Shown here one piece after another: positions 1-13,643 of a DNA stretch of 64,000 nt. The notes below the pieces were generated by a model. It was not told where the DNA came from, searched no databases, and was given only the letters and a program-made list of their open reading frames with translations. Each line of letters starts with the position of its first letter. Within the stretch, counting starts at the first letter, position 1. The stretch comes from Selaginella moellendorffii (lineage: Eukaryota > Plantae > Lycopodiophyta): positions 1,247,309-1,311,308 of the forward strand of contig NW_003314267.1 in assembly GCF_000143415.4 (NCBI RefSeq), read 5' to 3'. The position numbers and the translations under genes are program-made.

Positions 1-2447
1 ATTGCTCTGGCCTGTTGCGATTTCTGTCTTGGGTCAACTCGACCCCGTCGATTCCCATCCTTAGAACGCCGGGCAGTCACGGGGGTGCATTTCATCCTTT
101 TGTCTCTCTTGCTCGCAACAATTGGTTTTGGGACGTATACACCAGAAACCAGATGGGAATCATGTTGAGGGCTACCTGCGATTCGCTGCGCCCGATAGCC
201 CAAGGATCTGAGCAGAACCGAATGATAGCAAATGAATGAAGTAGAGAAACGTATCTTACCATTTCTGGTATCGAGAATTCAATAGTTCCATCACCTATAA
301 AAGACGATGGCAATTGTCATAAACGGGAAGCAATGTCGTAACTTACAGTTATCAGTCTCTTGTTAGTAATGTCTCGTCAACCTCACATAACTTGCAAAAG
401 GACAAGTCATCTTACCGAGAAGCAAGTCATCAGCAGCTTTAAGAGTGGAAGAGCAAACAAGACCGAAACAGTAAAACTGACAGCTTATTAAGAAAGACTT
501 ACTTTCGCTAGATGGTTTCGTGGCAATACAAACCAGCTAAGCGTATGCAAAAGCCTCCTACCAAGCACTGATATATAAAGGACTTTGCTTCTAATATTGT
601 GTCTTCGACACTTCTAAATATTTGAGACTTAGAAAAGTTTGCACCTCAAGACCACCACCAGTGTGCACAGCCCTGAGTTTGGCACATACTGCGTCCAAGC
701 CTTGACACAAAGAACAGAAAACATGCCCTTCAAATGGAAAATTACTCGTACAAACATACCAACACAATGTCAGTTCATGGATTTTCAATAAGTGGCCCTG
801 CCATTTAGCAAAGAAATGTTCTGTAAAGGAGAAATAATTTGTTCTGGTTCTAAACTGTCACAACTCGCGAGCTCCACAATGTCGCCCGCGACGCCGATTC
901 TAGCTTGGGATTTTTCTCCTTTTCTTGTCTAGAATCAACCACTCTTCTCTCTAAATACCTTCAAAACAACATCAAGAACTCCCTCTCTAACAACCTGTCA
1001 CACTTTCACGTCGAGGGCGGCTCTCAAGGACGTGTTGCAGCTGGCCGTGGATGGAGCTGGCAGAACAAGCGAGCAGGGTCTTGACGGGGCTTGACACTTT
1101 GTCATCTGCGCGGGCAGAGAAGCCCAGCTAGCCCGTTTCAGCTCCCTCAGCCATGCGACGCAAGATTAAACTCACGGCAAGACAAGGCCCTCTCAGCACA
1201 CTCTCCTCCTAGCTCCTCGTATTTGAGCATTTCAGCTTCTCAGCCAGCCGCCACAAGACAACAGCTTCTTCGGTCACATCTCAATATCAAGACACAAGCT
1301 ACACTGCTCATCGACAACAAGATCTAGACCATGGACCAGCTCAAGAAGTTCTGCTGCAAGTATGGTAACCTCTGCAGTATGGCAAAACAGGAGAAGAGCA
1401 TTCCTCAAGGATCTCAAGCACTGAGAGAAGGCAGCAGGCCCTACCAAATATGCCAAACTAACTTCAGCGTCCTTCAAGGATCAAGTCCAAGTAGCTCAAC
1501 TGTTGGACTTCGCCCCAGTTCCAATTGCGGAGTCAGCCAGCAACACCTTGGATGCCGAGAACTTGGCGTTACCATGATGTGGGCAATGGGAACTGAGTCA
1601 AGACCCAAGGCCACCTAAGCAAGACAATTTCCCCTCCCAAGCAAAGGAAGAAGTCAGAATTACATCAAGAGCCAAAGCATGACGAATGCTCAAGCAAAGA
1701 AAGAAGCTGTCACAGATAGACAAGCAAGAAAGCCACGTGGTCGAACCACTCGACCTCTCAAAGCCGAGCGTCGTCCGCAGCCCAGCCCCAAGACATCCCG
1801 TTAAGCACAATCCACCGTAGTCAATGGTCTTAAGCTTCTAAACAAAGGCCTAGTCAATATGGAAAGCAATGTTGCATCGAGAGAGAGCACAAATCGCCAA
1901 TTCCAAACCAAGATATACTCCTCGCATCTTGTGCAGCTTGGGAAGCAGGTTGCAACTGACAAGGTCAAGTGCTCATCAGCCAAGATCACTATTACAATCA
2001 AGCAAGACACCAAGCAAAGAGCATGGCACCAAGCTCTTCAGAAGTTGTAAACTTCACCTTGCTCTTGATCTTCCTAGCTTTTCTTAATTCAATGCTCTTG
2101 GCCTCTCTTTGTTCCATAGCTTCTCTTGGCAATAATCTTGGCTGGATCTTGGCTAATTATTTGGCTTGAATGCTGAGTTGCTATGTTCTCTCTCTCCATC
2201 ACTCCTTGTTTCTTCTTGCTCAGCTTGAAGATTGTATTAAGCATGGAGGGTGGAGCATCATCAGCAAAGCTCACAAACCCTTACATTATGCATCCATCAG
2301 TCTTATGCTTACCGCAAGACTATCAAAACAGCATATAGATAGATAAATAGATAGAGTAAACATACTGCGCATGGATCACGTTCAGTGGTTTCGGTTTGCA
2401 TGCAAGTTTAGGATTGCTCGCTCGGCTTGCAGCGTGCCGCGACAACA

Positions 2448-3439
2448 ATGCTCACATGGAGCCCAGAGCTGGAGAGCCCAAGGTGTGTTTGTGCAAATTG
2501 TGTTTCTCAAGAGGATTTGGATTTTTTCTCACAAGCCTTTGGGCCTTGGTCAAAATTCAATCAGACAATTCGGGATGCTTGGTGCGGAGGCTAGACCTTC
2601 GATTGCGTCGCGTGTGGGATCAAGCCTGCAACGCCGCAGAGGTCGACATGTTCATCACCAGAGTCGAGGTGATCGATGACTGTTATGATCCCTAACCCCT
2701 CTACACTGTAGAGGGCCCCTATGGTGGCATCACTTACGCCGACCTCCGCTCTGGTGTGGATAGCTTGGATGAGAGAACGCACCAAGATCTCGTGAAAGCA
2801 GTACGCGCTAAAGTCAAGCGGGACGTCAAGCGGCAGATGCAAATGCCCAAGTTTAGCAATTCGCTGGCGGAGCTCATCCGGAGATCATCGTGGAAACCCA
2901 AGTTCACACCGTCCAATGTGATTTTCAAATCCACTCAAGGTGCTAGAGAGTTTAAGGAGCGAATGGCATGCTGGGCGGAGCAGGATTTGTTCAGATGCGC
3001 AAGCGACATTGATAGGACGAGGGAAGTGATGCTGCGGTTTGAAACCCGGGTGGTTGAGGAGCTCGAGGACGACATGCTGTGCAGCAAGCTGCTGCAGGAG
3101 AGGCCAGGGGAAATGAATTTCTCGGCGAACAGCTGCTACGAGCCCGACGTGTATAACCAGCTGGCGGAGTGGATCGAGGGTGCAAAGGAGTACCATCGCG
3201 AGATTGAGATTAAAGATTACAAGGTTTGGGAACCGGATTGCTGCGTGAATCTCTTCAGGTTTGAGGTGGCGTACATTGAGCAGCTGCTGCGGGATTACAA
3301 GGCGCAGGAGGGAGCAGCGCAGGAGATCGTGGCGAGGAGGTGTGAGCCCACTGATTTTGAGATGTTTAGACGCATGAGGAGTACCAGTTATATGCTGATG
3401 GACTTGCTCTTATCATCATCGGAAAGAGATGATCGGTGA
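2448..3439 (+). pseudogene. Hypothetical lineage-specific protein with one in-frame stop
   Basis: ORFs 2396-2695 and 2756-3439 are in the same frame, separated only by TAA at 2693-2695 (YDP*PLYTVEGPYGGITYADLRSGVDS). A plausible short first exon from ATG 2448 splices (GT..AG) in frame. No recognisable domain. Confidence 0.45.
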
Positions 3440-4033
3440 TTCATGATACAGAGATTTATAAGATGTTGAGCGCATTTTTGGTCAAGAGCAGTTTCGAACA
3501 CACGAAGCTAGAAGCTATAAAATTTCTGGCCTGGAGGTAAAGAAGCACACAAGTAGTGTGTTCCTCCATGCTTGGGAGGGACTGTATAAGTGCTTGTTGC
3601 TAGATGACTTGAGCTTGGATTGTGACCTCAAGAATTCATTGCTAATGTGGTGCATGATCACTATGCCTGGGCCGTCGTAAGCAATGACCAATCTCCATTT
3701 GAGAAATGTGTCTTGCTGATCCTCTTTCTGGATTTTGCAATTGGAGCAAGAGAAGACACTATACCTGCTGCAGATCATGGCTCAATGGAGCTGGAGCCCG
3801 CATTGGAGTCCCATCTCACGAAGCTCTACAAAGATGCCCCAGTTTCTTCCAGGCGATCATCCAAGATCATTTGTGGATCAAATCACAGGTAACTTCAAAC
3901 ACTCATGAGTTCTTATGGTAGATTTGTTTTTTTCTTTGCGGAGAGTCCGATGCAGCTTGCTTTTGATCATGTTTTCTGAGAGCCAGCGGCACCGAAGGGA
4001 CGGAGGAAGCGCCCCCTGGCACAGTAAACGTAG

Positions 4034-4149
4034 CGTTGCTCAAGCCAACAAAGTGGTATAAACTCATGGAATGGAGTAATGGGAGTGGAAGCAGCTCTTG
4101 GTCGAGGAAGATGGAGAAAAATATAGTGATTTTGTTAACGCCAAGCTTG
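4034..4149 (+). repeat. ~116-bp direct repeat, copy 1 (copy 2 at 6263-6379)
   Basis: cgttgctcaagccaacaaagtgg...gagtggaagcagctcttggtcgaggaagatggagaaaaatata...agcttg is nearly identical at both places. Confidence 0.9.
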
Positions 4150-4221
4150 TTTAATCCAAACAAAAATGCATGAAAATCATCTTCATCTCCCTACCTGCTA
4201 TACTGGAACAAATATTAGATT

Positions 4222-5328
4222 CTAGTGCTTGTAGTGTAGCACCACTGTCCGCAGCTCCGTGTTGGAGAAGCTACAACACAAAGAGATCCATTGTTCGTCA
4301 CAAAGCCGATGAAATCTCATTCTACCTGGAACGCTTCCGACACTCGAGTTTTGGCTCGCCATCTCCGTCTTGAGCGCCAACGAGCCTGCTCAGGAAGAAG
4401 GAATGGGAGACGACTGCGATCTTCTTCTCCTTGCGAGCAGCCAGCCTGCATGAACTGGACGAGATGAAAATCGATCGAAGCGAGCCATGCATACCATTGG
4501 AGCAACGCTCGCCGTCTAGCATCCAGCGAGGCTTTCGACTCTGGCAGCGTCGGGCTCCATAGCGAGTCCTCCTCGTCCATGATCTGTGAAGAAAAATGTG
4601 GTCATTGATACAACGCGCGCAAGGCACGAACCTGCGAGAAATCCACTGCCGGAAACCGCTGCTTGCACCTGCTGATGGAGCTCCTCTTGTCACAGGGATA
4701 AACACTCTGTGTGATCGATCGGGCATGTCAAGACGAGGCAAGATCGAGTAGCATTACCGTGTGCTCCCTGCAAAGCTCGAGGGCGATGAAAGGCGGGCAG
4801 CCGACGCTAGAAACCGCAGCTGCGGGGCATGCTCCAACACCATCGGCCATGAGCGGGGGAAGCTCCTCGCCCGGCTTGCGCTCGCCACCGCCAAACACAC
4901 CAGCAGCGGTTTGCAAAGTCCTGGCCGCGAGAAATCCCGGATCTCATCAGTATCATAACTGAGACTCTGTGGCACACCTTGTCATGGGCGAAACGACGAC
5001 GAGGTCGACTCCACCATGGACCTTTCGCTCCCGGAGCTCCTTTACCTGCAAAGCAAGAAGCATTTCATTCGTGGAGACGAAGAAGAAGAAGAAGAACTCT
5101 ACCTGTTTCCAGCCCGTGGTTGTCAAGCTTGCGTCTTCAATGCCGAAGCAATTCCATCCCTCCAGGAGCTGCCATCGCGGCACCACCATGCGCAGCGCAA
5201 GGCTGAATACCGTTCCGGCATAGCCGACGTTGTGGTGGCCTTGCGCATGCCGAACCTTTGGCAACCAGTGAGTAACGAAGCCACACAGGAGATCTTACCA
5301 GGTGGAGGATCTTCTTGTCATCGTCCAT
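4222..5328 (-). CDS. Phosphoglycerate mutase-like protein (histidine phosphatase superfamily), multi-exon
   Basis: Spliced reading: MDDDKKILHL|VRHAQGHHNV...DASLTTTGWKQ|...LVVVSPMTR|TLQTAAGVF...ELCREH|...YPCDKRS...FPAVDFSQ|...IAVVSHSFFL...|FSNTELRTVVLHYKH*. RHA catalytic motif and VSH motif present. Confidence 0.9.
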
Positions 5329-6262
5329 AGAGTTTGTAAAACCCTAGGCAAGATCATAGACCTAAATTCGTCAACCCGTAAAGGGAAGTTATCTTTAGAA
5401 TTTCCACTATTCCTCGAAGATATTTTAGAGATGAGGCTCATGCACAGGTTTCTAAACTCATGCTTTTGGCAAGTCCAGTCGAGTGCAACTTATAGTCAAA
5501 CAATCTCTTCAGCTCGTCGATGTATAATTGATCTCTATTCGCGTGGAAAGATCCAGCTCCAGAACTTGATCCAGCTCTGCCTTATTCTTCCAAGAAGCTG
5601 TGATGTGTTATGCAAGGCGATGCCGCTGGACTTTGTGATGGAATTCGCGTCCAGGCAGAGTGTCAAGGCGGGTTTTGGTCCTCTCGCGTACAGCAACCTC
5701 CGTTGCTTCTTGTTTGCGAGTTGGTAGGATTTCAAGGTGATATTCCGCAAGCTGGTAAAGGCTTTTGAATCCCACGGAAAAATCGCCAATGTGGAATGGT
5801 AGTGATTGACAATACAAGCTTGCTGACGTGAGTGACGTGAGACAATACAAGCTTGTTCTGCCCATCATGTCTTTTATGGGGTTTTCAACATGGAACTTCT
5901 TGTTGGTCTAGCCGATGGTGAACAGCCCAGTTTCTCATGGGGGTGAATGGTACGGGTTGAAATGGGTGGTCAAGTATGACGAGCAAGAAGATGAGAAGTA
6001 CAAGACCATTGTGAGGCTTGGCCGTGGTGTTACTGGGAAGTTTTAGGGCACAGAGATCAGGCTTGAGAAGTGACAGGATGGGTTCTCAGTTGCTCGCTAC
6101 GATCCCACGCTCGGGCTCCTCCGGCATTTGGAAGTAGTGGAAGGAGATTGCATGCTTGAGAGGAATTGATGATCCACAAGTTTGTGATCCCGAGGTTTAT
6201 GATCCATGGTTGAGACGAGCCCGAAGTTACTACAACAGTGAAGTTTAGCATCAAGGCTAGGA

Positions 6263-6379
6263 CGTTGCTCAAGCCAACAAAGTGGTCCAAACTCATGGAA
6301 TGGAGTAATGGGGAGTGGAAGCAGCTCTTGGTCGAGGAAGATGGAGAAAAATATACTGATCTTGTCAACGTCCAGCTTG
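6263..6379 (+). repeat. ~116-bp direct repeat, copy 2
   Basis: Matches 4034-4149. Confidence 0.9.
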
Positions 6380-6414
6380 GTAAAAAAAGGTTTTTTTTTT
6401 CTCATCTCTAGTCT

Positions 6415-8467
6415 TCATCGCCTGCTTCTCTTCCTATCGTCGTCTCTGTAAGATCTTTCCCGGTGATGATCTTCTCTTCTTTCGCGCCATTCATCGACCC
6501 TTCGCCTCCTTTTATCCCTGTCCCGATCTCTATCTCTATCATCCTTGCGATCTCTGTCTCGCTCGTCCTTGCGACCTCTATCTCTGTCCGAGGATCGCTC
6601 ATGTCGATCATGCCGCTCGTCCCTTGAGCTCCGTTGTCTCTCCTCCACCTGGCTCCGAGATCTTGGCGACCTTGAAACATCTTCTCTTTTCTTTGCATTG
6701 TCATTCTTGTCCGTCTCGGTCTCATCGAAAACCATCTCGTATCTGCGAGAATGAGTTATTAGAGCACTGACGCTGTGAAACCAGGCGAAGACAAACCTCT
6801 TTCCTGTGCCCCCACGCTGCCCGTCGGTGACTTTCAACTCATACTTCGGCCTCTGGCTCAAGCCATCAACAGCTGAAAATAACAACACAAGTCAGTTTCA
6901 AGTTCCACACAAAAATGTGTCACACAAGTTAGTACCTTGCTTGTCGTCTTGGGCGCCAAACTTGTGGTACCGGTTCCACAGTTTTGACACACTCTGACTG
7001 AAGTCCACATGTATTCTTCGGTCATCGATTAATACGTTGTCCATTTTGAAGTATGCAGCTTCGCAGGATTCTCTGGCCTCAAACTCTGCACAAGAGATTA
7101 AATTGGAATGCTATCGGATGCTGGAAAGCGACGTACCAACAAAGCCGTAGCAAAGGCTATCTCCCGTTTTGTGGTCCCGAATAATATCTGCCCTGTCCAT
7201 TCAATACGTAAGAGAAGCTCAGCCAAAGAAGCGAGAGTACAATCACTTACGAAATGACCTTCCCAAAACGCTGAAATATCACCTCTAGATCTTCATCCTG
7301 AAACGTCAAAGGTTAAGGCCAGATGATGCGTACTGATCAAACCAACCTGAGTGGTAGGATTTAATTTGCATACGAAGAGCACATTGTCTGGAGGTCTTAC
7401 TTCAGCATCCGGAATGTCTCCCACCTACAAACGGTAGCATGAGCACAAAAGGTCGCAAGAATGACAAAAGCAAGCTCACCATTTCCAGGACAACTGCTCG
7501 CGTGTGTGCCTCCCGCGACCGAACGTTCTTCTCCACTTCTTCCGCGTCATGCAACTCCTCCAGCGGAACCCAGTCATCCTCCAGCCTCACGTCAATACCC
7601 TGAAATCCAGTGTTAGAAACGTAAAACGAGTACTTCGATCTTCGAAAACCTCTTCTGGTTTCAGCTCAGGTGATCTGTCTGGAATCAACTCAGCGAGCTC
7701 GGGAGGGTCATCGAAGGGATCATCCAAAATGCTCGTGTGCTTTATGCTGTCAAGCAGGTACTTAGAACCGACGCCCAAGAATAAGGGAGATACTTACCGT
7801 ATGTTTTTGTAAGGCCGATGGTTGTCATCGACATAAGCTTCATTTATCCTCGTCAGAGTTTCAAAACCTTCCGCGACCTCCCCAAAAATCTGATTCAAAG
7901 TAATAAGCATCAACGAACTCGAAACTAGAAGACGCTTACCGTATGCTTTTCGTCAAGGTAGTCAAGGCCGTCCCGGAGGGTGATATAGAACTAAAAAGAG
8001 GAGAACATGAGACGAAATCCGACACAAAGAGAGAATAAACAAACCTGGGAAGCATTTTGGCCTTCTCCAGCACTAGCCATAGCCACGACCCCGACCTTGT
8101 CATGTTTAAGCCGCTGGTTGATCTCATCCTCGAAGAATCGCGCTTGATCGCCATACAAAAACCTGGAACGCATCATCAAGAGAGAGAGAGAGAGAGAAGA
8201 ACTGAGCTTACTTGTAGATTGAGTCTCCTCCCCGACCAGTTCCCGTGGGATCACCAGTCTGAGCAATGAAATCCTTTTGAACCGAGTGGAAGAGGCAGTT
8301 GTTGTAGTATTTGATCCTGAATCAAACAAACCCAACAATGAGAACTTACTTGCGAGGCCGGCAACTTACTTGCAGAGCTTGAGGAAGTTCTTGCACGTAA
8401 TTGGGCAGCTCTCGGCGTGAAGATCAATGACTATATCCCCCACGCTCGTGCTGAGAAGCACAGCCAT
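6415..8467 (-). CDS. CYP59: Cyclophilin-RRM protein CYP59/PPIL4-like with Arg/Asp-rich tail, multi-exon
   Basis: N-terminal PPIase ([16 protein letters not shown]...[34 protein letters not shown]), RRM ([16 protein letters not shown]...[23 protein letters not shown]) and an RD/RS-rich C-terminus. Confidence 0.95.
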
Positions 8468-8511
8468 CGCCGAGAGAAACCCTAAATCTCCAGAGGAGGA
8501 ATATCCAAAAC

Positions 8512-8690
8512 AATATGCCCTTTTTCTGGAGATGTTCCTTTTTCTTGCCGCGAAGAATGCGCCCGAGGATTCTTCGGTTTGTGTAGATTAGATGCAAGCC
8601 ACACCGCTCTCGACAATGGATTCCGCAATGGCTAACAGCCGGATACAGGCCGGGGTGTGGAATCCACGGATAGTCGAGGAATTCCATTTT
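8512..8690 (+). pseudogene. Eroded duplicate of the 5' region of the folate-biopterin transporter gene
   Basis: aatatgcccttttt, cgcgaagaatgcg..cgaggatt, ggtttgtgtagattagatgcaag and cagccggata..ggc match 15663-15990 with deletions. Confidence 0.8.
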
Positions 8691-9379
8691 GGAGGCGAGG
8701 AGGAGGAGCAGCAATTGGCGGCGCTAACAATGAAGCTGAGACGTAATCGTATCTGAAGGGGAGGCCATGCACTAGATCGACCATCATCCAAAGCTGGAGA
8801 TCTCAGCTTTCAGTCATGACAGAGTCTGCGTCTGGCGACGTGACACTGTCATGTGGCCTGGTTACCCAGAGAAGCGTATCAAACAGGTGATGCGGGACTC
8901 GGGCATGCTCTGTGGCAATCTTGTCCGAGGGCTGGCTGTGTTGCGGGTGGCCAGTTGCAATCCTGGCACCAGATTGCTCCCCGTTCTTAACATGAGCGAC
9001 CGCCGCTGAAACTATCTCAGATCAATCTGGAAATGAGAGACGGGTTCGGCTGTCTCTAGCCCATCAAGCAGAGGTAGAACGGGATTTAGTATCTGGTGCA
9101 ATCGATTTCCAGCGCCGAGGGAGACGACCTAGGCAAGGAGAGCGAGAAAACAACTGCGGCTGCCACCACTCCCAGGTGCTTTCAATCCATCCTCGAAAGT
9201 CGTGTTACAAGATCACGATATCAGGATCTCCACAAATCACGCGGCGGTGATCAACCAATCAATCGATCGCCTGTCGCCCTGAGCTGCCGCCATAGCCAAG
9301 AACTAGCAGCATTGGAGCTGTGGGTCTACCAACTTTGAGGGATGCACCACCTTGTGCTCCATAGCTAGCATGTGCCACG

Positions 9380-12300
9380 TCCAAAACATTGTTACATGCA
9401 ACACTATTTATATTGTTGACATTATATTTTAAAACATAATGCCCTAAATTTCAAACCAAAGGAGGAAATACAAACTTTCTGTCCAAAAAAATGAGCTCAC
9501 CAGAAAGATTTCCTGTCATGTGGCTACTAGTTGACAATGTCTAGAATTTGGAGCTCGAGTGCCAAGTATAACAGTGTGCTCTCCTTTTTGTGTGGAGAGC
9601 ACGTGAATGCTGAACCAGTCCTGGTTGCCTCTCACCTCCAACTTGACATATATGAGCTGTTCCAGGAGTGTTGTTGTCGGGTTTGTTTAATAGTTATTTA
9701 TTAATTCAATTGATTAAATGGAATTCATAATTATACACATGTTCATAATTTATAAACAAAAGATTAATATCTTTGCATATCTACCATTAGATAGTAGAAT
9801 AAACTAGAATATACTAGGAGGTATATAAATAAAATATTAACACTCCAATATATATTAACCAAAAACAGGCCCAAATTTAGTGTATAATTAAATATTTAGA
9901 ATGACATTTTATTTCTATTTTTATGTAGAATTGTCAAAAATAAATAAACTTTCATGCATTTAAATATTTATAAACTTTATTCAAAATTCTAAATACCAGT
10001 CCTTTTCAACATCTAAAGCTTCTCTAGTATAAACTAATATAAACTTAGTATTCAACTAAATATCATAACTTAATGTTCCATATTTTCTATTTAAATTGTT
10101 ATCACACTTTATTATATATTATATTCTAGTATCATAGCAAATGGCACAAATCCAGTAGGCTTGGGCTGTTGGAGCAATTGTGTGGTGGCCTATGATGCCT
10201 CCAACATCATACTCTAGAATAAAATTTATAAGTACATCTTTTTATTTTGTTGGATATTCAAGAATCACCATGAGTCTATGACTTAATAAAAGTTGTTAGT
10301 GAACAAGGATTTCAAGGGGTATAACATATGTAATTATGAATAAATATATCATCAATATATTGTTATTGTGGATCTTTGGAACTATAAGGAATAAATAAAG
10401 GCTCTATTAATGAGTTTAAAGTGAGAGAAGTAAGGTGTGTTATAAAGATCTCCTAGCACAGAAAGAAGGATCAGGTCTGTTATAGATAACTCCTAGCACA
10501 TAACCCTTATAGCTCCCTACTTTGCACATGTTGGTTGTCACTTACTCCTCACTCACTCACTATAAGAAAGACTATCCTATCAAGAACATTTCTACAAGAT
10601 TATGTTACATGAGTTTAAATAGGAATTGACAACTAAGAAACACCCAGGTTTTTAGAAGTGAGGCACCAAGTCTCACTCCCTTTAAAACATTCTAAGGAAC
10701 TCTTTATTCCTATTGCTAATCTATGTTATATACTCTTTCATGATTTGCATACAAGTACCCTTCTAATGGTCATGACTGCATGATGACTCTTGACTTGACC
10801 ATCTACCACATGGCATATATTAAGAATATTCTAGGGGATCTAGAGTACTCTCAGGAATTGATGGCAACTTGTCCAGCTGATTAAACTTGTGGAGCAGCAA
10901 GTCAGTAATTTACTCTTGGAAATCTTCAAGCTAGAGCAAAGTTGTGAAAGCTAAAGGCTTGGTCTCTACATTGACTTACACTCATGAAGAAAGTCCTACT
11001 CACCAATAGTAAACTTTTTAAAGTTTAGAAGAGGAGTACCCAATTATATCAATTTATTAAATTGAATGATAGGCCATGAGAGAAGCTGAAAGTTCCCTTT
11101 TTAATGTCTCTTTAAAAGAGCTCTCACTTCTTAACTTTCCCATGATTGCCAAAAGGTAACTATATTTTAAAGTGCTCAAGAGCATCTTCAATTAAAGTTT
11201 TCCTCACTACTTCTAAATCTTAACTATCATCCTCTTGTGCAATTGGCTTAAACACATTAGAAATGGCTTGCTATCCAAAGTTGCATTGTGGAAGGGTAAA
11301 AATAAATCATCCCACTCTAGAGAAGCTAAAGGAGTACTTCAAGTAGAAAGTGATAGTGTGGGCTATGAGGGCAATGCCTCAAATTGTAAACAAGTAATCA
11401 ATGGCTCTTGATTTGAAATAACTGATTTAGGGCTCACAAAAGTGGCCACAAATGTGGGTGGCAGAGCAAGAGGAACTTGGCGCTAAAGGAAATGCAAGCA
11501 GCTAGAACGGCTTGAGTAGCTACAGCTGATGTAGGGATTGGTAGTGGCATTGAGGCTGGGGATTGTGATGGTAGGGAGTGCTTCAAACTAGACCTTGGTT
11601 GTGTCAGGGTAAGTAAGCTCTTAGAGCAAGGACAGGGATAGTAATGTGGTGTTGGGATTCCTGGGCAGAAAGGGTGGGCTGTGGCAATAATGCTGAGCAC
11701 TAGACCTGTCACTTGAGTAGTTGCAGAGAAGCAATGAGTGCAGACAGAAATTGCAAAGCTTCAAGTCATAATTTTGCCTAGTGTTCTTTCAAGGTGGCTG
11801 CCTTGGGAATTTGCTACCTCCTCTAGTCTTGCATGGCCTTCAGCACTCCACCACTCATCTTGAAACAGCTGCCAAGCTCCATATATTCTTACAAGTACTC
11901 AAGTATTAGACCATCTGCAGCATTTGTACCACACAAGGCCTCCCTACCCAAGATGACTACCCTCACCATTTTCATTGCAATCTAGGCAGCCAAAGTGATC
12001 CTCCACAATGTTCCCCTGCTCCAAGAAATGTGATTTATAAGTCCAGCTCTGACTCCTACCCTGGCTGTGGTTATATGGCTTAAGCCATAGTGAGTTTGGA
12101 GTAGGTGGCAGATTTGGACCTCCCAAAGGAGAATAGGAAAATGACTGCAGTAACAGTGGTAGAAAATTATATATCATGTGTTCTTTTGTCTTTTTTTGTC
12201 TTTGTCTCATCCTATGAAGCACTCATGCTACTATCTGGTCCCATCAATATGATGACTCTACTTGGTTCAGCTCTCCTTGCTCAAACTCTATAGGCTTGGG

Positions 12301-13630
12301 CATGCGATAGGATTCAGGTAAAAATGACAAACACCTAGGTCTTTAGACACTAAGTCTCACTCCCTCCAAAACATTGTGAGGAATGCTTTATTCTTGTTGC
12401 TAATTTATGCTATAGTCTCTTATGATTTGCATACAAATGCCCTCCTTGACCATCCACCACATAAAAATATTCAACAGGAACTCATTGATTCCAAGTTGGA
12501 ACAACTTCCCACTACCACAAAATTTCCAAGACTACTCCTATCAAAGGGTTAGGATGGATCCTTTCTAACATAGACACAAGGTGATGGTGGTTTGCTAGTG
12601 TAAAGATAACTAATTAGGGTTATTGTATTACGGAAGAAGTTGGTTTTACTAGAAGTTGATTGGATGAGATATTTAGATGTTTCACTTCTAGATGTAAGGA
12701 TGTTTCTTATCTCTCGTCCCAATGTTGTAGACTATTTTATCTTTATTTATCCCCCAAGATGTCTTAGTTTTAGATGTAAGGATGTTATAATGTTGTAGGC
12801 TATTTTATCCTTATTTATCCCCTAAAATTTCAAAAATCCATATTAATAGTATATCCAAATCTTATCTCAATCGTATGCACTACACTTCAAAACCAATAAT
12901 AAGTATAGGATATTTCAATATTGATGATCAAAATGAAGAAGCAATACCACTTCAAACAATAATGAAGAAAGAAGCATACATACAAATAATAAAAGGCAAT
13001 AAGAAACTAATAGATCATATATGGATAGATATAATATATACAAAAGTAGGAACAGCACCATCATATTGGACAGATCATAATAAACTATATATTATGATAA
13101 AAATAATTTTTGTTTTTTAAAAACTAAGTGTTATTACCAATGCATAGCAATTTATTTTTTAAATTATAGATTATTTTCTAGTTGAAAAATCATGATTGGA
13201 GTGTCAGTCAAATAATACATTTAACCCAAAACCTATAAATGGAACTTATTTCTAGAAAGAATGGAGAGAAACAAAAAACTTTTGAATTCATAAGCTAAGT
13301 AAAAAAAATTTGTTACATGTTGCATGTAGCAATGTTTGGTTTATTTAATAGCAATGTTATTCTTATTTATTAAGCTAATTGATCAAATAAAAGTTTATAA
13401 CTTATAAACACAAGATTAATCTTATTGCATATCAGATGGTAGAATAAAAAAGAATATACTAGAAAGTGTTTTAAAAAGTTTATAAATTTTAAATACAAGA
13501 TTAATCTAAATGAATAACTACCATTAAATGGTAGAATATTTTAGAATATCTAAGCATATTCTAGATATATCCACTACCATCCTAGTTTGCTTCCAAAAAT
13601 TCAGAAAATAAAAATTTGAAAATAAAAAAA
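9380..13630. mobile_element. AT-rich, CpG-depleted decayed repeat/transposon block
   Basis: Abrupt fall in GC and CpG, and no long ORF. Internal degenerate direct repeats (10638-10820 vs 12329-12470; 9745-9830 vs 13395-13470), a short tandem duplication (12688-12822) and a 22-bp inverted pair (9382-9403 vs 13318-13339). Family not identifiable. Confidence 0.6.
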
Positions 13631-13643
13631 GTAGCAATTGAGG

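Noticed and set aside
1-910. Possible multi-exon minus-strand gene running off the left edge
   Set aside because: Splice-like signals are present, but no consistent frame or motif could be assembled.
1000-2300. Several 60-95 aa ORFs
   Set aside because: No motif, scattered over frames. Probably decayed sequence, and no element family could be supported.
12875-13120. 81-aa ORF in AT-rich DNA
   Set aside because: The Ile/Lys/Tyr bias is explained by base composition.
9382-13339. 22-bp inverted pair as transposon TIRs
   Set aside because: No target-site duplication, and related repeats continue outside the right copy, so these boundaries are not supported.
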